This document shows, in pieces, positions 52,205 to 62,997 of a DNA stretch of 64,000 bases. Each line of letters starts with the position of its first letter. Position 1 is the stretch's first letter. The notes under the pieces are model-generated. The model searched no databases. It was not told where the DNA came from and saw nothing but the letters and a program-made list of their open reading frames with translations. The translations under genes and the position numbers were made by a program. Origin of the DNA: Dicyema japonicum (Eukaryota > Animalia > Dicyemida); NCBI GenBank assembly GCA_011109175.1, contig RDEW01000033.1, positions 310,001 to 374,000 of the forward strand, written 5' to 3'.

Positions 52205-53383
52205 ATGGAAAATGACAAAAAAGAGGTAATCCTCTTCCTAATTACACTCAGTCGTCCTCATCCGACACGGAACCTGATAATATATTGTCACAGATATACA
52301 GCCCAGAGCTAATCCGCTATATATACTCTATCATAAACGGAGCTCCACCTCGCCTTAAACTGCAAGACTTTAACACAATAGAGGACATCCTCAGAGCTAT
52401 TAATGAGTCATCAAACATCCTAGTTGTTTGTGGTGCCGGGGTTTCCGTTTCCTGCGGAATTCCTGACTTTCGTTCGAGAAACGGTCTCTACTCGAAGATC
52501 GCGACGGATTACCCTGAGATCTCTTCCCCCACTCAGGTCTTCTCCTTGGACTTCTTCCGGACTAACCCCTACCCTTTCTTCAAGTTCTGTCGAGTTTCCG
52601 TTATTTTTGACAATAGGACCTTTTTTTCAGTGACATACAGCCTGGGGTAGCTCACCGGTTTATCAGAGCCTTGGAGATGACTGGGAAGCTGCTGAACTGC
52701 TACACACAGAACGTGGACGGACTAGATAGGCTGGCGGGGTGGAGAAACTGATTGAGTGTCATGGTAGAGACCAGTATTATTTGAGGCACCCACAGAACTT
52801 CCACGTGCATGAACTGTGGATTTAAGGAACGTACTGATAAGCTATACCCCGTTATATTTGAACAGGTTGAACATAGTCTGACAATAGAAAGTCCCAAAGT
52901 GCTCCTTGTGTGATGTGGGGGTGATGAAGCCCGACATTGTGTTCTTTGGGGAGAATCTATCGACTCACTTCCACGAGAAAATATCGGAGGACGTCAAAAA
53001 ATGCGATCTGTTTGTGGTTATTGGGTCTTCGATGACAGTATCCCCAGTATCCATGATTCCACGGGAGCTCCCCATTCCGTGCCTCAGATATTGGTGAATA
53101 GACAGTCCTTGCCAATGTTCACCTTTGACGTTCAGCTCCTGGGGGACTGTGATGTGATCCTTAGCCATTTGGCTCTCCTATTGGGGGATGAATTTAGCCA
53201 CGTGTCTTCTTTAGGGAAGATCCCCAATGAATTAGACATTACAGAGTTGGAGGAGGCTGAGATTACGAGGGGTTTGATAATGTGAGATTGGTAGATGATG
53301 TGTTTTATTACTGTGCACCAGGAAAGTACTTTTATAGGAATGCAGAGGATATAGTGGAGGATGATACTTCTTGTGATGACTAA
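52205..53383 (+). CDS. SIRT1: NAD-dependent deacetylase sirtuin-1
   Basis: GAGVSVSCGIPDFRSRNGLY, YTQNVDGL, ECHG, CxxC..CxxC, MKPDIVFFGENL, VIGSSM, VPQILVNR..DVQLLGDCD, C-terminal PGKYFY. Five introns of 22-26 nt and two one-base shortfalls, in a G run (52736-52739) and a C run (53070-53073). Confidence 0.93.
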
Positions 53384-53699
53384 TTATTTATGTAAACTAG
53401 CTTTTGATAGAGCTTATAACACGTGTTGAGAGGTATTTTTATGTTACTCATATTAGTTGTAGTGCTGGTTATTAAGTAGTCTATGTAAGTGTCATAGAGG
53501 TGTTATATTGGTGGTGATTGATTTTGTGTGATAATAATTAGGTCGACTTTGTCGGTGATTACTTGGTTGCACCAACGTTTCTCAACTTTTTTTCTAATTT
53601 TTCAGAATTGTTAAAATTCGTTAAAAATTGTTAAAATTCGGTCATACAGAACTTAAATTCGGTTCTGCAGACTTCTCAGAGCTTAGAAAAGGGGTACTA

Positions 53700-54370
53700 A
53701 TACCTGTGCAGATAAGATCCTGTTTGGTGTTCTCATGTTTTGGAGGGGTCATTTATGACTGTCAATGGCCTATCTGAGACAGCAGTAAATTCCCTCTTGC
53801 ATTGGCGAATTTGCCTGTTAGCCAGAGGGAATGTTCGGCGTTGAAATCCCTACAGATCAAAACATCATTAAACTCATCAGAACTGACAGGTCTACCATTA
53901 ACTATTTGGGGGGGATCATCAATATGAGGTACATAAGTATTCACTAAGAACAATTTTCCTTATGTAGTCCCACGATATCTCGATAATCGTCATTTCCAAA
54001 GAGCTTCGTATTTCAGACCCTTCTTGATTAATGTGAGGAGTATCCACCCTGTTTCCTAGTACTATCAGCTCGTATTATGTTAAATCCAGGAAAAGAGGTG
54101 TCATTAGAAGATAGCTTCGTATTATGTCAATCTTTAATTAAATTCCATAATTTCCCTTTAATTCCGTTCATATTGAATAACAGAGATCCAATCCTTCGGT
54201 TTGCGTCAGTCAGAAACAGGCGTCCGAGAAGCCGAGGCCAGAAATTCGTCGACCGAGAATGAGATATTCTCACGGTGGAAGAAAGCTAACGGTTCTTTTT
54301 CGCGATCCATTACGTGCACCCTAAACGCCTTAGATCTCTTGTAAACTAATGAAGCACGTGACACCACGTT
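53700..54370 (-). mobile_element. 5' part of a Vingi-like LINE with a degenerate HDV-topology motif (54290-54365) and APE fragment
   Basis: GGTGTC-ACG-TGCTTC-hairpin-GGCGTT-TAG-hairpin-CGAAAAA-GAACCG; downstream VNTYVPH..LICRDFNAEHSLW. Confidence 0.7.
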
Positions 54371-55543
54371 ATACATTGGCAGAACACTAAAAATGTAAAA
54401 TATGCTAATTAATTTAAATATAAAATTATAAAATTTAAAGTGACCTAATAATGGGGGTTTTATATTTCCAAATTATGAAAAATTATGGGGTCTTCCCCAA
54501 TCCGGGATCGGACTGTATATGACTCTTGATATATTTGACCGACAATAAAACTTCTTTAAACTGTCGGCTTACCAATTTCAAGATGCCTGTCCCACCAGTT
54601 TCAATTTCAAAATGCTTACCCACACTCTTAACTGCTCCAGAGGTTTCAGATCCAATTAGACCAAACAGAAAAGATTTCGAAAAGCCTAGTTCTTTTTCAG
54701 TCCCTTCCGTTCGACAGAGTCAGGATTGGGGTCATCAAAATGAGCTGTCAATGCAATTTTGGGCATGTTTCTTCCATAGTTTCAGAATATCGTTGGTTTA
54801 ATATTATTTATTCGACTTCCTTGGATTATTGGGCTTGTGGGAGTTCTGGAAGGAATGCTTATTATTTTTGCGCCCTGGTCGAAGGAGGAATTCTCCTGGA
54901 GCTGAGAAATTGGTTATCAGCTGCTTAGACGACCGGATGAACTACGTGAGGCATAAAGGTTGCCGATCTAGTTTGTTTAGATCTAACCGGGGAGTTCCAC
55001 AAGGGTCGGTCTTAAGCCCAACCCTCTTCAAAATTTTCAATTTTCAATTTGGCGCAGGTGTGGCGCTATTGGTGCCACGTGGAATTTCAATTAACCAACA
55101 AGAGTTTTAAACGAAGGAACCTTGAACCTGTCGAAAGCCATAGTGACCAAGAAGGTCGAAATCTCTGGATATTTTCCAAGCTGGACCTGGTACCCACACC
55201 ATTTGATCCCTAGACTAGAATTGGGGTCTACAAGACATTGTCACCCGAATCATTGGTCCCTAATGGCGAATTGGGACTACCTGGAAAAAACATAAGGGGA
55301 AAGGACCTACTATGGAATAACTAACTGGAGAAGGACCAAGTAGCTTTGGACTTGATGGGTTCTGAACATGCAGATGTTTAATAAAGAAAAAGATGGGATA
55401 CGTTGGAAGTGTTCAAACCGCGGACTAATTAAAAACCCTTGTCCTAACTCCTAATCCGGTTTTTCTAGTAAAGTTTCTAAGTTTCTTCAGGGAAAAAATT
55501 TAGTGTACGTTAGTATTAATACATCCCCCAAAATCGATAATTA

Positions 55544-55865
55544 ATGGCACGCATCAAACAAACTGCTAGAAAATCAACTAGCTAAAGTTCCAAGGAAACA
55601 GGTTTCTGCTAAATCTGCACGCAAGTCTGTTTCTCAATTTGGTGGTGTAAAGAAGCCACGTCGCTTTCGTCCACATGTTGTGGCAATGAGGGAGATCAGA
55701 AGATATCTAAAGAGTACTGACCTTCTATTGCAAAAAACACCGTTCCAGAGGGTTGTTAGAGAAGCAGCCCAGTTTATGAAAACAGATTTACGTCTCCAAT
55801 CATCGGCCATTGTTGCTCTTCAGGAGGCTGCATAGACTTATTTGGGGAGATTTTCGAGGATTACG
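55544..55865 (+). pseudogene. H3: divergent histone H3, disrupted and 3'-truncated
   Basis: [64 protein letters not shown]. Frameshift after T11, TAG at the E97 position, and joined to a CRE fragment at the FED motif. Confidence 0.9.
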
Positions 55866-56760
55866 AGGGTCTTCTGATCGTGTAGCGATCCGATTCCTTA
55901 GACGACTCTAGAATTCCAGCGTTGCAGGCGCAAGGGAACCATACGTCTCAACGACGAGTGGACAAACAAAAAATGTTTGGGTAGGACTGCGTATTTTTCC
56001 CGTTTCAACTCCTCGGCCTTCTCAGCGGCAGAATTGGTTCTAGAGGCACTCTGGAGTAGGTTCAAGAGGCAAACGTGTCGGTGCAGCTGACGTCCCAGAC
56101 AAGAGGTTTACCTGCTTCAAAAGGGAAGATTGTCATCAGATCTTGTCGTTTCCCGTTCCATCTGCAAAGACCGGACTTTCAAGGCCATGTGTCTGGGAAA
56201 TCTGCCTCCACTGTTACTGCAGAAGAGAGGGTGTAAGCCAAAACTGGTCTCCGCATCGGCACGGATGTGGAACACATACTTTTTAATCCCAGTCGAAATG
56301 AGATCCCAATACGGACGCATTCATCATCCAGAAAGGTACCCAAAACTCCATTGGGAACGGCGTTGAGCCAGGCATCTTTCTCAAAAGACGCCCGCAACAA
56401 CAATCAAGTACGGCGATGTTTGCTAGATGACACTAACAAATCTTCGAAAGAATTCTAGCATATAGCATCGTCCAGGCTCCGCTGAGAGAACGAAGAAGTC
56501 AGGGAAAGCTAATAAGCACGGCTCCAGGCCTCACGAGCATGGCCGCGTCCTTGTCAATAGAGAATTCAGGGAGTGTAGAATCCTCTTGACAAGGGTGTTA
56601 TAGGCCATTAACGACGATAGATATGCAGGGAGAGAAAGATCCACTTGGTTGCGAATTCCAAGACTTCCGACGTAATCAAAGATTTTGAAAAATATATAAA
56701 GGAGGCAAGGGGAAGAGAAAAGAGAAGTCACGAATCGTTGCCGCAAGGTTAAAATGACCT
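55866..56760 (-). mobile_element. internally deleted CRE-like element
   Basis: SLGIRNQVDLSLPAYLSS, DAWLNAVPNGVLGTFLDD, AEKAEELKREKYAVL..VETYG. Confidence 0.85.
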
Positions 56761-56834
56761 AAATTAGACCTTTCCCCTAACTACTTACTATTTTTTTACT
56801 AATAAAAGTGTTAATGCGTAAAAAACGCGGCTAA

Positions 56835-57065
56835 GCAATTTCTGATCGAGGTAAAGGTGAAAAAGGAGGAAAATCATGTGCAAAGAGATTCAAGAAGATC
56901 CTCATCGATAACATTCAGGGGATCACAAAGCATGCAATTAGGAAAGTCTATCGTAGAGGTTGGTGTGAGAAGGATCTCTGGCAAAATTTATGAGGAGACA
57001 AGATGTGTCCTAAGATCTTTATTGAGAGAACTATAAGAGATTGCTTTTTCTACTGTGAACACAAA
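56835..57065 (+). pseudogene. H4: divergent histone H4, disrupted and 3'-truncated
   Basis: [47 protein letters not shown]. The start codon position reads ATT and there are two frameshifts. Confidence 0.85.
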
Positions 57066-57079
57066 GAAAAACCAGCCGT

Positions 57080-57577
57080 CCTTGTTTTATCAAATATAAT
57101 TTCCATATGGTAGGGATGGAGTTCCTGTTGATGGAGAGGTTGAAATTTGGGTGAGGGCCATGATAACATAAGGGCCTATCTTTTTCAATAATATAATAGG
57201 GATACCATCTGGACCACAGGAATAGGACGATTGTTGGTTTTTAATCGCTTTCCGCATGTCATCATAAAAAGATTATTTGTGGTTTGCGTTTAGGTTTGAT
57301 GGAAAAAATGGGAGGACTCTCAATTTTCTGACTAGGGATAAAAAATAAACTTTCATGGACCTTTTTAAAAGAGTATGACACCAAGTTTTTAAGAGAGTGC
57401 AGTTTTTAGGTAGAATAATTCGAATAGGTTGATTTCAGGGCCTGGGTTGAATTCGACGTCACCACACAAAATTAGAGCGTTCCTGGAAAACCATCCTCCT
57501 TCATGGATAGGGAAAGTGTAGTTCTTTTTAGCATCATGTGATGCACAACACCACCATACAGGTGAACCACGCGGCAT
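57080..57577 (-). mobile_element. deleted Vingi-like LINE: partial HDV-topology motif (57518-57575), leader ORF, 2A (57437-57460) and RT fragment
   Basis: ORF MPRGSPVW..RNALILCGDVEFNPGPE; GTGGTTC/GAACTAC and GCATCA/TGATGC stems. Confidence 0.75.
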
Positions 57578-57614
57578 TTTTTTTATTAAACCTTGAATTT
57601 ATTTAATAACAAAG

Positions 57615-57900
57615 TCTTACCTTATTAGATCAACCAGGTCTATTTGAAATCTTTCATTCGGCTGAAAAAGCTATAATGTGATTTTCAGGATCCATTTGCT
57701 TCAGTGGTGCCGAAAAACGACAAATGTCATATTCTGACACCACTTTCCGAATAATTTCTTTTTTCTCGGAAAATTTTTGATTGCAATACTGTTCCAATGT
57801 GTTGTGTCCGCAATGGGTCAATTGATGAATTTGCGAAACCACTAATTCCATCTCTTCATGGTTATCAGAGATGACAATTTTGTAGTTTCCATTAGTGTCA
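57615..57900 (-). mobile_element. integrase fragment (HHCC zinc-binding region plus start of the rve core; Ginger/gypsy-like)
   Basis: IHQLTHCGHNTLEQY..VSEYDIC followed in a shifted frame by PNERFQIDLVDL. Confidence 0.65.
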
Positions 57901-58109
57901 TTAAGATATCACCTACCCTACATTGATAGATAGAAAATTCTTTTGACTTTTGAGTTAATCGGTGTTTTTTGTTTTGAGATTAGATCGATCCCCTTTTCTT
58001 CCAATATTTGAATTATATCATTATATTCTGGGGTTTTTTGACAAAACAACGAGTCATAAGCCTAACTTTATTGCAACACGTCTGTATAATGCTATTTAAA
58101 AATATTATT

Positions 58110-58575
58110 AAAAAGCACTCCCGAGAAAATAAAATTAGTTAAGTTTCCCTTGTGCCGTATTCCGAATAATCCTCTCCGTCAAGCTGCGACCATGATCTTC
58201 CGTTGCGCATTAGTTCTCTCAGGTATTCATGTGCCCGCCATTTTCATTATAATGTCAGATGATGCCCACACTATTGTAGCACAGCGAATCAGATCTTGAT
58301 GGACTGAAAATCCGAAACCATTATGTTGGCAGACCAGTGAGAGGGTAAAAAAGGTGGAATCTGCCAAACAGTTCTGTTGATTGTACGGTCGTTTTTGTCT
58401 CTTGTAACGGCAGACAGAGATGTCATATTTTGTTAGATCGCATGCCAGTTGGTGTTTCTGTAAGGTTCTTTAAGTCTTCTGCAATTAAAAGATCCCAGAG
58501 TGAACGGAGAAGTCGGTAAGGAATACTAATAAGACATAGTACAATAGAGGCGTCGTCACTACCTCAACCAAAAAG
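58110..58575 (-). mobile_element. internally deleted RTE-like element (5' end fused to 3' end)
   Basis: 58380-58510 resembles the APE start at 18000-18210 and 58110-58230 resembles the 3' end at 15255-15370. Confidence 0.8.
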
Positions 58576-58587
58576 CGAAAATTTAAA

Positions 58588-58912
58588 ATAATAATAACAG
58601 CCTTTTTCACGGAGTCGTGGTATTAGCTCCGCATAGGCAGGACACACACTTTATTTAAGTAAAGAACAGTTAATTTTTAACTAATCGTAGAACCAAAGAA
58701 TGATCTTCACTTCTATTTTCTTTTCTTTTCTTGTGTGTAGGTCCTTTCTAGACAATCCAGTTCCGCAGTGAAAGTCCACTGATGACGGCGTCCACTCGTC
58801 AAGCCTTTTTAGCATCGTAAATGCGTGGAACCTTCCACCAGGTGAACAGCAGCGAGAATCGAAACCGTAACCTAAGTCACTTTAGCCCGACAGCTAACCA
58901 CTATGCCACCCG
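58588..58912 (-). mobile_element. tRNA-derived SINE (second copy, more complete head)
   Basis: Aligns with 9649-9935; GGCATAGTGGTTAG..GGTTTCGATTC head and (TTA)n tail. Confidence 0.8.
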
Positions 58913-58934
58913 AAAATTTAAAAATTAAATTAAA

Positions 58935-61900
58935 TTAATTATAACCCCGGCTTCGCCAGCAAGTGGGAAGCCGGCGACCATCAAAGAGCGTGCAGTCCGG
59001 ACAGGCCGCTCCCAGAGATCCTCGACTTTTGCATCCGGTGGTCCAGGGCAGGGAAAAAGGTCTCGAACTACTCTGCCAGCCAGAAAAGGGTGGTGTCCAC
59101 ACGTAGGCGAGCCAGTCCGATTCTGATCTTCCTCGGGAGCGATTGTTCCGTTGGACTGATATCAGGGGGGAAGCGCTCCAAGACTTTGTTATATTGAAGT
59201 GTCCTAATGGCCCGTGTTGAGATAAAATCATGGATTCGGCGGGTCCAAGTTGAGTCTTCTTGAGGGGGGGTGATCTTCGACAAGGCTCTTTGTAGGTCAA
59301 AGAGGGTCCTGCGTATGTATCTGCGGTTATTGTTACTTAGCAAAGCGTGAACTGGGTGATTCGGGTCGAACGACTGCCGTAGGAATTGTAAATTACGCAT
59401 TTCCAGGTGGTCATAGAGCGGGAGGATTTTCGACTCCCAATGTAAATGGTCGGTGGGGGTTGACTTTAAACAGCCAGTTATTATTCTCAGCGCCGAGTTT
59501 TGCACTTTCTGCAGTTCTTGAGAAAGGGACAAGGAGATTGAGGGGGCCCAACTTGGTGAGGCGTAGTTGAGTGTAGTCCTGATGAACTGTTTGTAGAGAA
59601 GAGTTAAGTTTTCTTTTTGCTGACCGTTTGAGTGGCCAGCTACTGCCCGTAATATGTTAAGTTTCCGCTTGGCTTTTGTCATTACTTCCTCCACTTGTCT
59701 GTTGAAACAGAGTGAAGGATCGAAGACAACTCCAAGGATCTTCGGGTATTTATTTAAGGGGAGTGGTTCGTCACCCAACGAGAGTGTGGGGTTTAGGTTG
59801 AATTGTCTTCGATCGGTTGTGAACAGGGTAGCTGATGACTTCGAGGTGGAAACACTCATCCAGTTTAAGTTCATCCAGTCGGATAGCAAGTTCAGGTGGT
59901 ACTGCACTTTTTCGGTGGCCAGTCGAACATCGCCACTCCTGGATGCGATTACTAGATCATCGGCATATGTCAATAGTAACGTATTTTGGGTTGTTGGGAT
60001 GTCTTTGACGTAAAGGTTGAAAAGTGAGGGTGAAAGGACTGATCCCTGGGGAACACCGTTTGGTAGGAGTCGATATCTTGATAGATTTGAATATAGACAC
60101 GTATGACCCAGTCTTCCCGAGAGGAAATTTGTGAGCCATGACTTCCATACAGAGGGAATATTTGAAGAATAGATCTTGTTGCAGAGGACCACACGGGAGA
60201 TTCTGTCGAAAGCTTTAGTTAGGTCAATAGAGGCCAAGACAGTTCGTTCCGGGGGTTTGCAGTTGTTGAAACCGTTGGAGATGTATTGGGTTAGTGTCAG
60301 TAAGTGCGTGGTGGTCGAGTGTAAAGGACGGAAACCATGTTGTGAGTCGGAGAGGTCGAGGTAGGGGGTGATTTCGTTAAGAATGATCCTTTCGAGGATT
60401 TTTGAGACAACAGATGTTAAGGAAATTGGCCTGAACGAAGAGGGCAAGGAGGAGGCTTTGTTGTTCTTGAGTATTGGGATAATGTTCGACTTCTTCCATA
60501 ACATCGGGATGAAACACCTGTTGATGGAGAATTCGTAGATATCTTTAAGTGCCAAGAGCCCGTTTGGACCGAGGTGCTTTAGGTGGAATATGCTGATCCG
60601 ATCGGGTCCCGTGGCTGGTGAGTTTCTTGAGTTTGTAATGAGGTTTTGAACATGACTTACTGATACTTCGAATCGTGCCTTTGTTACCCTTGGGGGTTTA
60701 GTAATATGAGGTCGATTTTCTTTATTCATTGGAATATGACTCATTTTGCAATAGTGAGTCATCAAGTCATTTGCCTGGCAGTGGAAATCTTTCGTTTGGT
60801 TGTCCTTTCCAAGTCTACCTCCATGGGTTGTGCTCGATTCGGTTTGATTTGATTGTATTTCTCTGATAAATCTCCAGAAACTTTGGGGTTTTGATTTTGG
60901 ATTCAATCGAGAGACGAAAGTGGACCACTTCTCCTTTTTGAGCTCCGTAATGAGGTGGGTTATCTTCTTGTTTAGGGAAGAAATTTCATCTTGGAGTTGC
61001 TGGTTGGTTGTTCGGGAACGTTTTAGGCGTCTTCTCTCACAGATGAGATCCAATATTTCTTTGTTGAAAAATAGTTTGTAATCATGGATGAATCCTTTAG
61101 GGACGTGCTTTCTATCCGCCGAAAGGATGGCTGAGTTGAAATGTGCAATGGCTTTGTCTGGAGAGGTAAAATTATTCACAGAGAAGTTTTCCAGCGACGT
61201 TTCGACGTCAACCGTGAAGTCGATCCATCTCGCCCTTTTGTAGTTCACATAGGTTCGCCTCGACATAGTTCGTCCGAAATGCAAGAAGATGTCGATCAGA
61301 ATAGGGTTATGATCTGAGGGTAAGTCATATCTGACATCCCAGTAGATCGATTTTGCAAGGGGAGCTGAGCATATGGAGAGGTCGGGAGACGTGTTAGGAT
61401 CCCCAGGGCGTGTTCCACATCTCGTGTGTTGGCGGGGGTTATTCAATATCACTAGGTGTTCCAGTTCAGAGATCACTTGTTTCCCTCTGTGGTCCGAATT
61501 CTGGTTTCGGAACCATAGTGGATCTTTAGCGTTTAGATCGCCGCAAATAACTATGTTTTCGTATAGTTGAAGGAATTCTAGGTTTGGTCGGTAACTCTTC
61601 TGGCAGCAAGACGAAGGGGGAATGTAGATATTCAGAATTGTGTAAGGAGTTGACATAATATTGATGGTGATGGATAGCAATTCCATATGTTTATCAGAAG
61701 CCGCTGTCAATGTGTGGTCAGTGGTATCCGTGAATGGGATGGAGTTGTGAATGAGGGTGACCAGGCCACCACCGTGAGATCCATTTGATCGCTCAGAACG
61801 GAGCAAAGAGTAGTTTTTGAATTTTGGTGTTTGGGAGAAGGCAGACAAACGTGACTCCTGTAGAAGGGCAATGTCAATACGGTGTTTAACCAAGTACTCA

Positions 61901-62085
61901 GCCAATTCGGTATGTTTCGAGGTGATTCCATTGATGTTAAGTTGTAAGATTCTGATGGGTCTATTCTGCGGCCCTGGGTTTAGTTCAATGTCACCGGATG
62001 TCAGGAGGGATTCTTGGGAGCGAAAGCTTCGTGCCCGCTCAATGGTCGCCATCGAGATCTCCTTGAAGAGAGACGATAGGGATTA
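58935..62085 (-). mobile_element. near-intact single-ORF Vingi/Ingi-like LINE: leader, 2A, APE endonuclease, RT, no RNase H seen
   Basis: 994-aa ORF: LLTSGDIELNPGP, ILQLNING..LLQES..NIYIPP..CGDLNAK..PDLS..SDHNPI, ATGPD, FRPISLTS, HGFRP, IDLTKAFD, GVPQGSVLSP, YADD, LGVVFD, LARLR. A one-base loss near the C-terminus. Confidence 0.95.
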
Positions 62086-62692
62086 AAAATTTAAAAACTT
62101 GCAAAAAATATTTTAAATTAGAATTTTTTAATTTTAAATTTAACACCCCACTTTATTTAACAAACAATAAAAAAGTTAATATATTTAATCAACAACCTTC
62201 CTCGCCTGCCTGTTCGCCAGCCTCTTCAGGCAGGTTCGATTCTGGTTGCTGAACAACTCCGAGGAGCGCTTTGTCTAATTGAACCCTCTGCCCATATGGC
62301 ATCTCAGGGCTCTTTTAATTTTAATTTTAAATATAATAAATAAGAAAAACATGGTTAAAGTTTTATAAAAAATGCTTGAAATTTTAAAGTCGAGCATTAT
62401 ATTTACCTCAGAAAATTAACATATCAAACGTACTAAAGCCACGTTACGTCACCAGCTCAATTTCTGATCAATTATTGATGGACTAACTTTTTACAAGCAA
62501 CTATGAGCATCGAAAGCAGAATAAAATATATATTTGAAAATGCTACTATCATTTTAAATTTATTAGGAGTGGGGTACTTAAGCCAGTGGAACATCTTCAG
62601 TAAAGTACGGAAGAATAATCCTTTAATATACCAACCAACCACTGGACGTCTCCCTGGACAGGTGGATCAGTGAAGCCTATTAGGAAATTAAT

Positions 62693-62997
62693 TTATTAAC
62701 CTTGGATACACCGAGAAGAAGTTAAAGTAAACAACTAATTAAGTGATCCAGTTTCCACTTCTACAGAAAACAGAGTCCATCCGGAATCAGCATAAAAGGT
62801 AAGACGTCCATTACATGCAGTTGTGGAAACCCCTCCAGTGGAGTGGGGAAGAGCAAATGATCCTTTTTTGTGCCGGCCTGGCACTGGGCGCCACTTAGAC
62901 AGGTGGATCACAAGACGCCACTCTAATAAGAAGAGAGAGGAAGAACAGACAATCAAGCAGAAAACTTCAACCAATTAACCATGCAGCACCACGCGGC
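62693..62997 (-). mobile_element. non-autonomous 300-nt element with the HDV-topology motif (62858-62919)
   Basis: GGCGTC-TTG-TGATCC-ACC-TGTCTA-AGT-GGCGCC-CAG-TGCC/GGCA-CAAAAAA-GGATCA; LINE-type tail. Confidence 0.85.

Noticed and set aside
55544-56760. Sequence-specific CRE insertion into histone H3
   Set aside because: The CRE lacks its own 3' end at the join, no TSD or remaining H3 half is seen on the far side, and the other CRE copies have unrelated flanks.
58765-58805. CTGATGA in the SINE as a possible hammerhead
   Set aside because: It is antisense to the SINE, lacks GAAA after the stem, and the adjacent hairpin is deleted in the other copy.
59654-62086. Plus-strand ORFs of 60-120 aa over the LINE, and similar ones over CNNM and the RTE
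   Set aside because: Antisense shadows of real coding sequence with no independent protein signatures.
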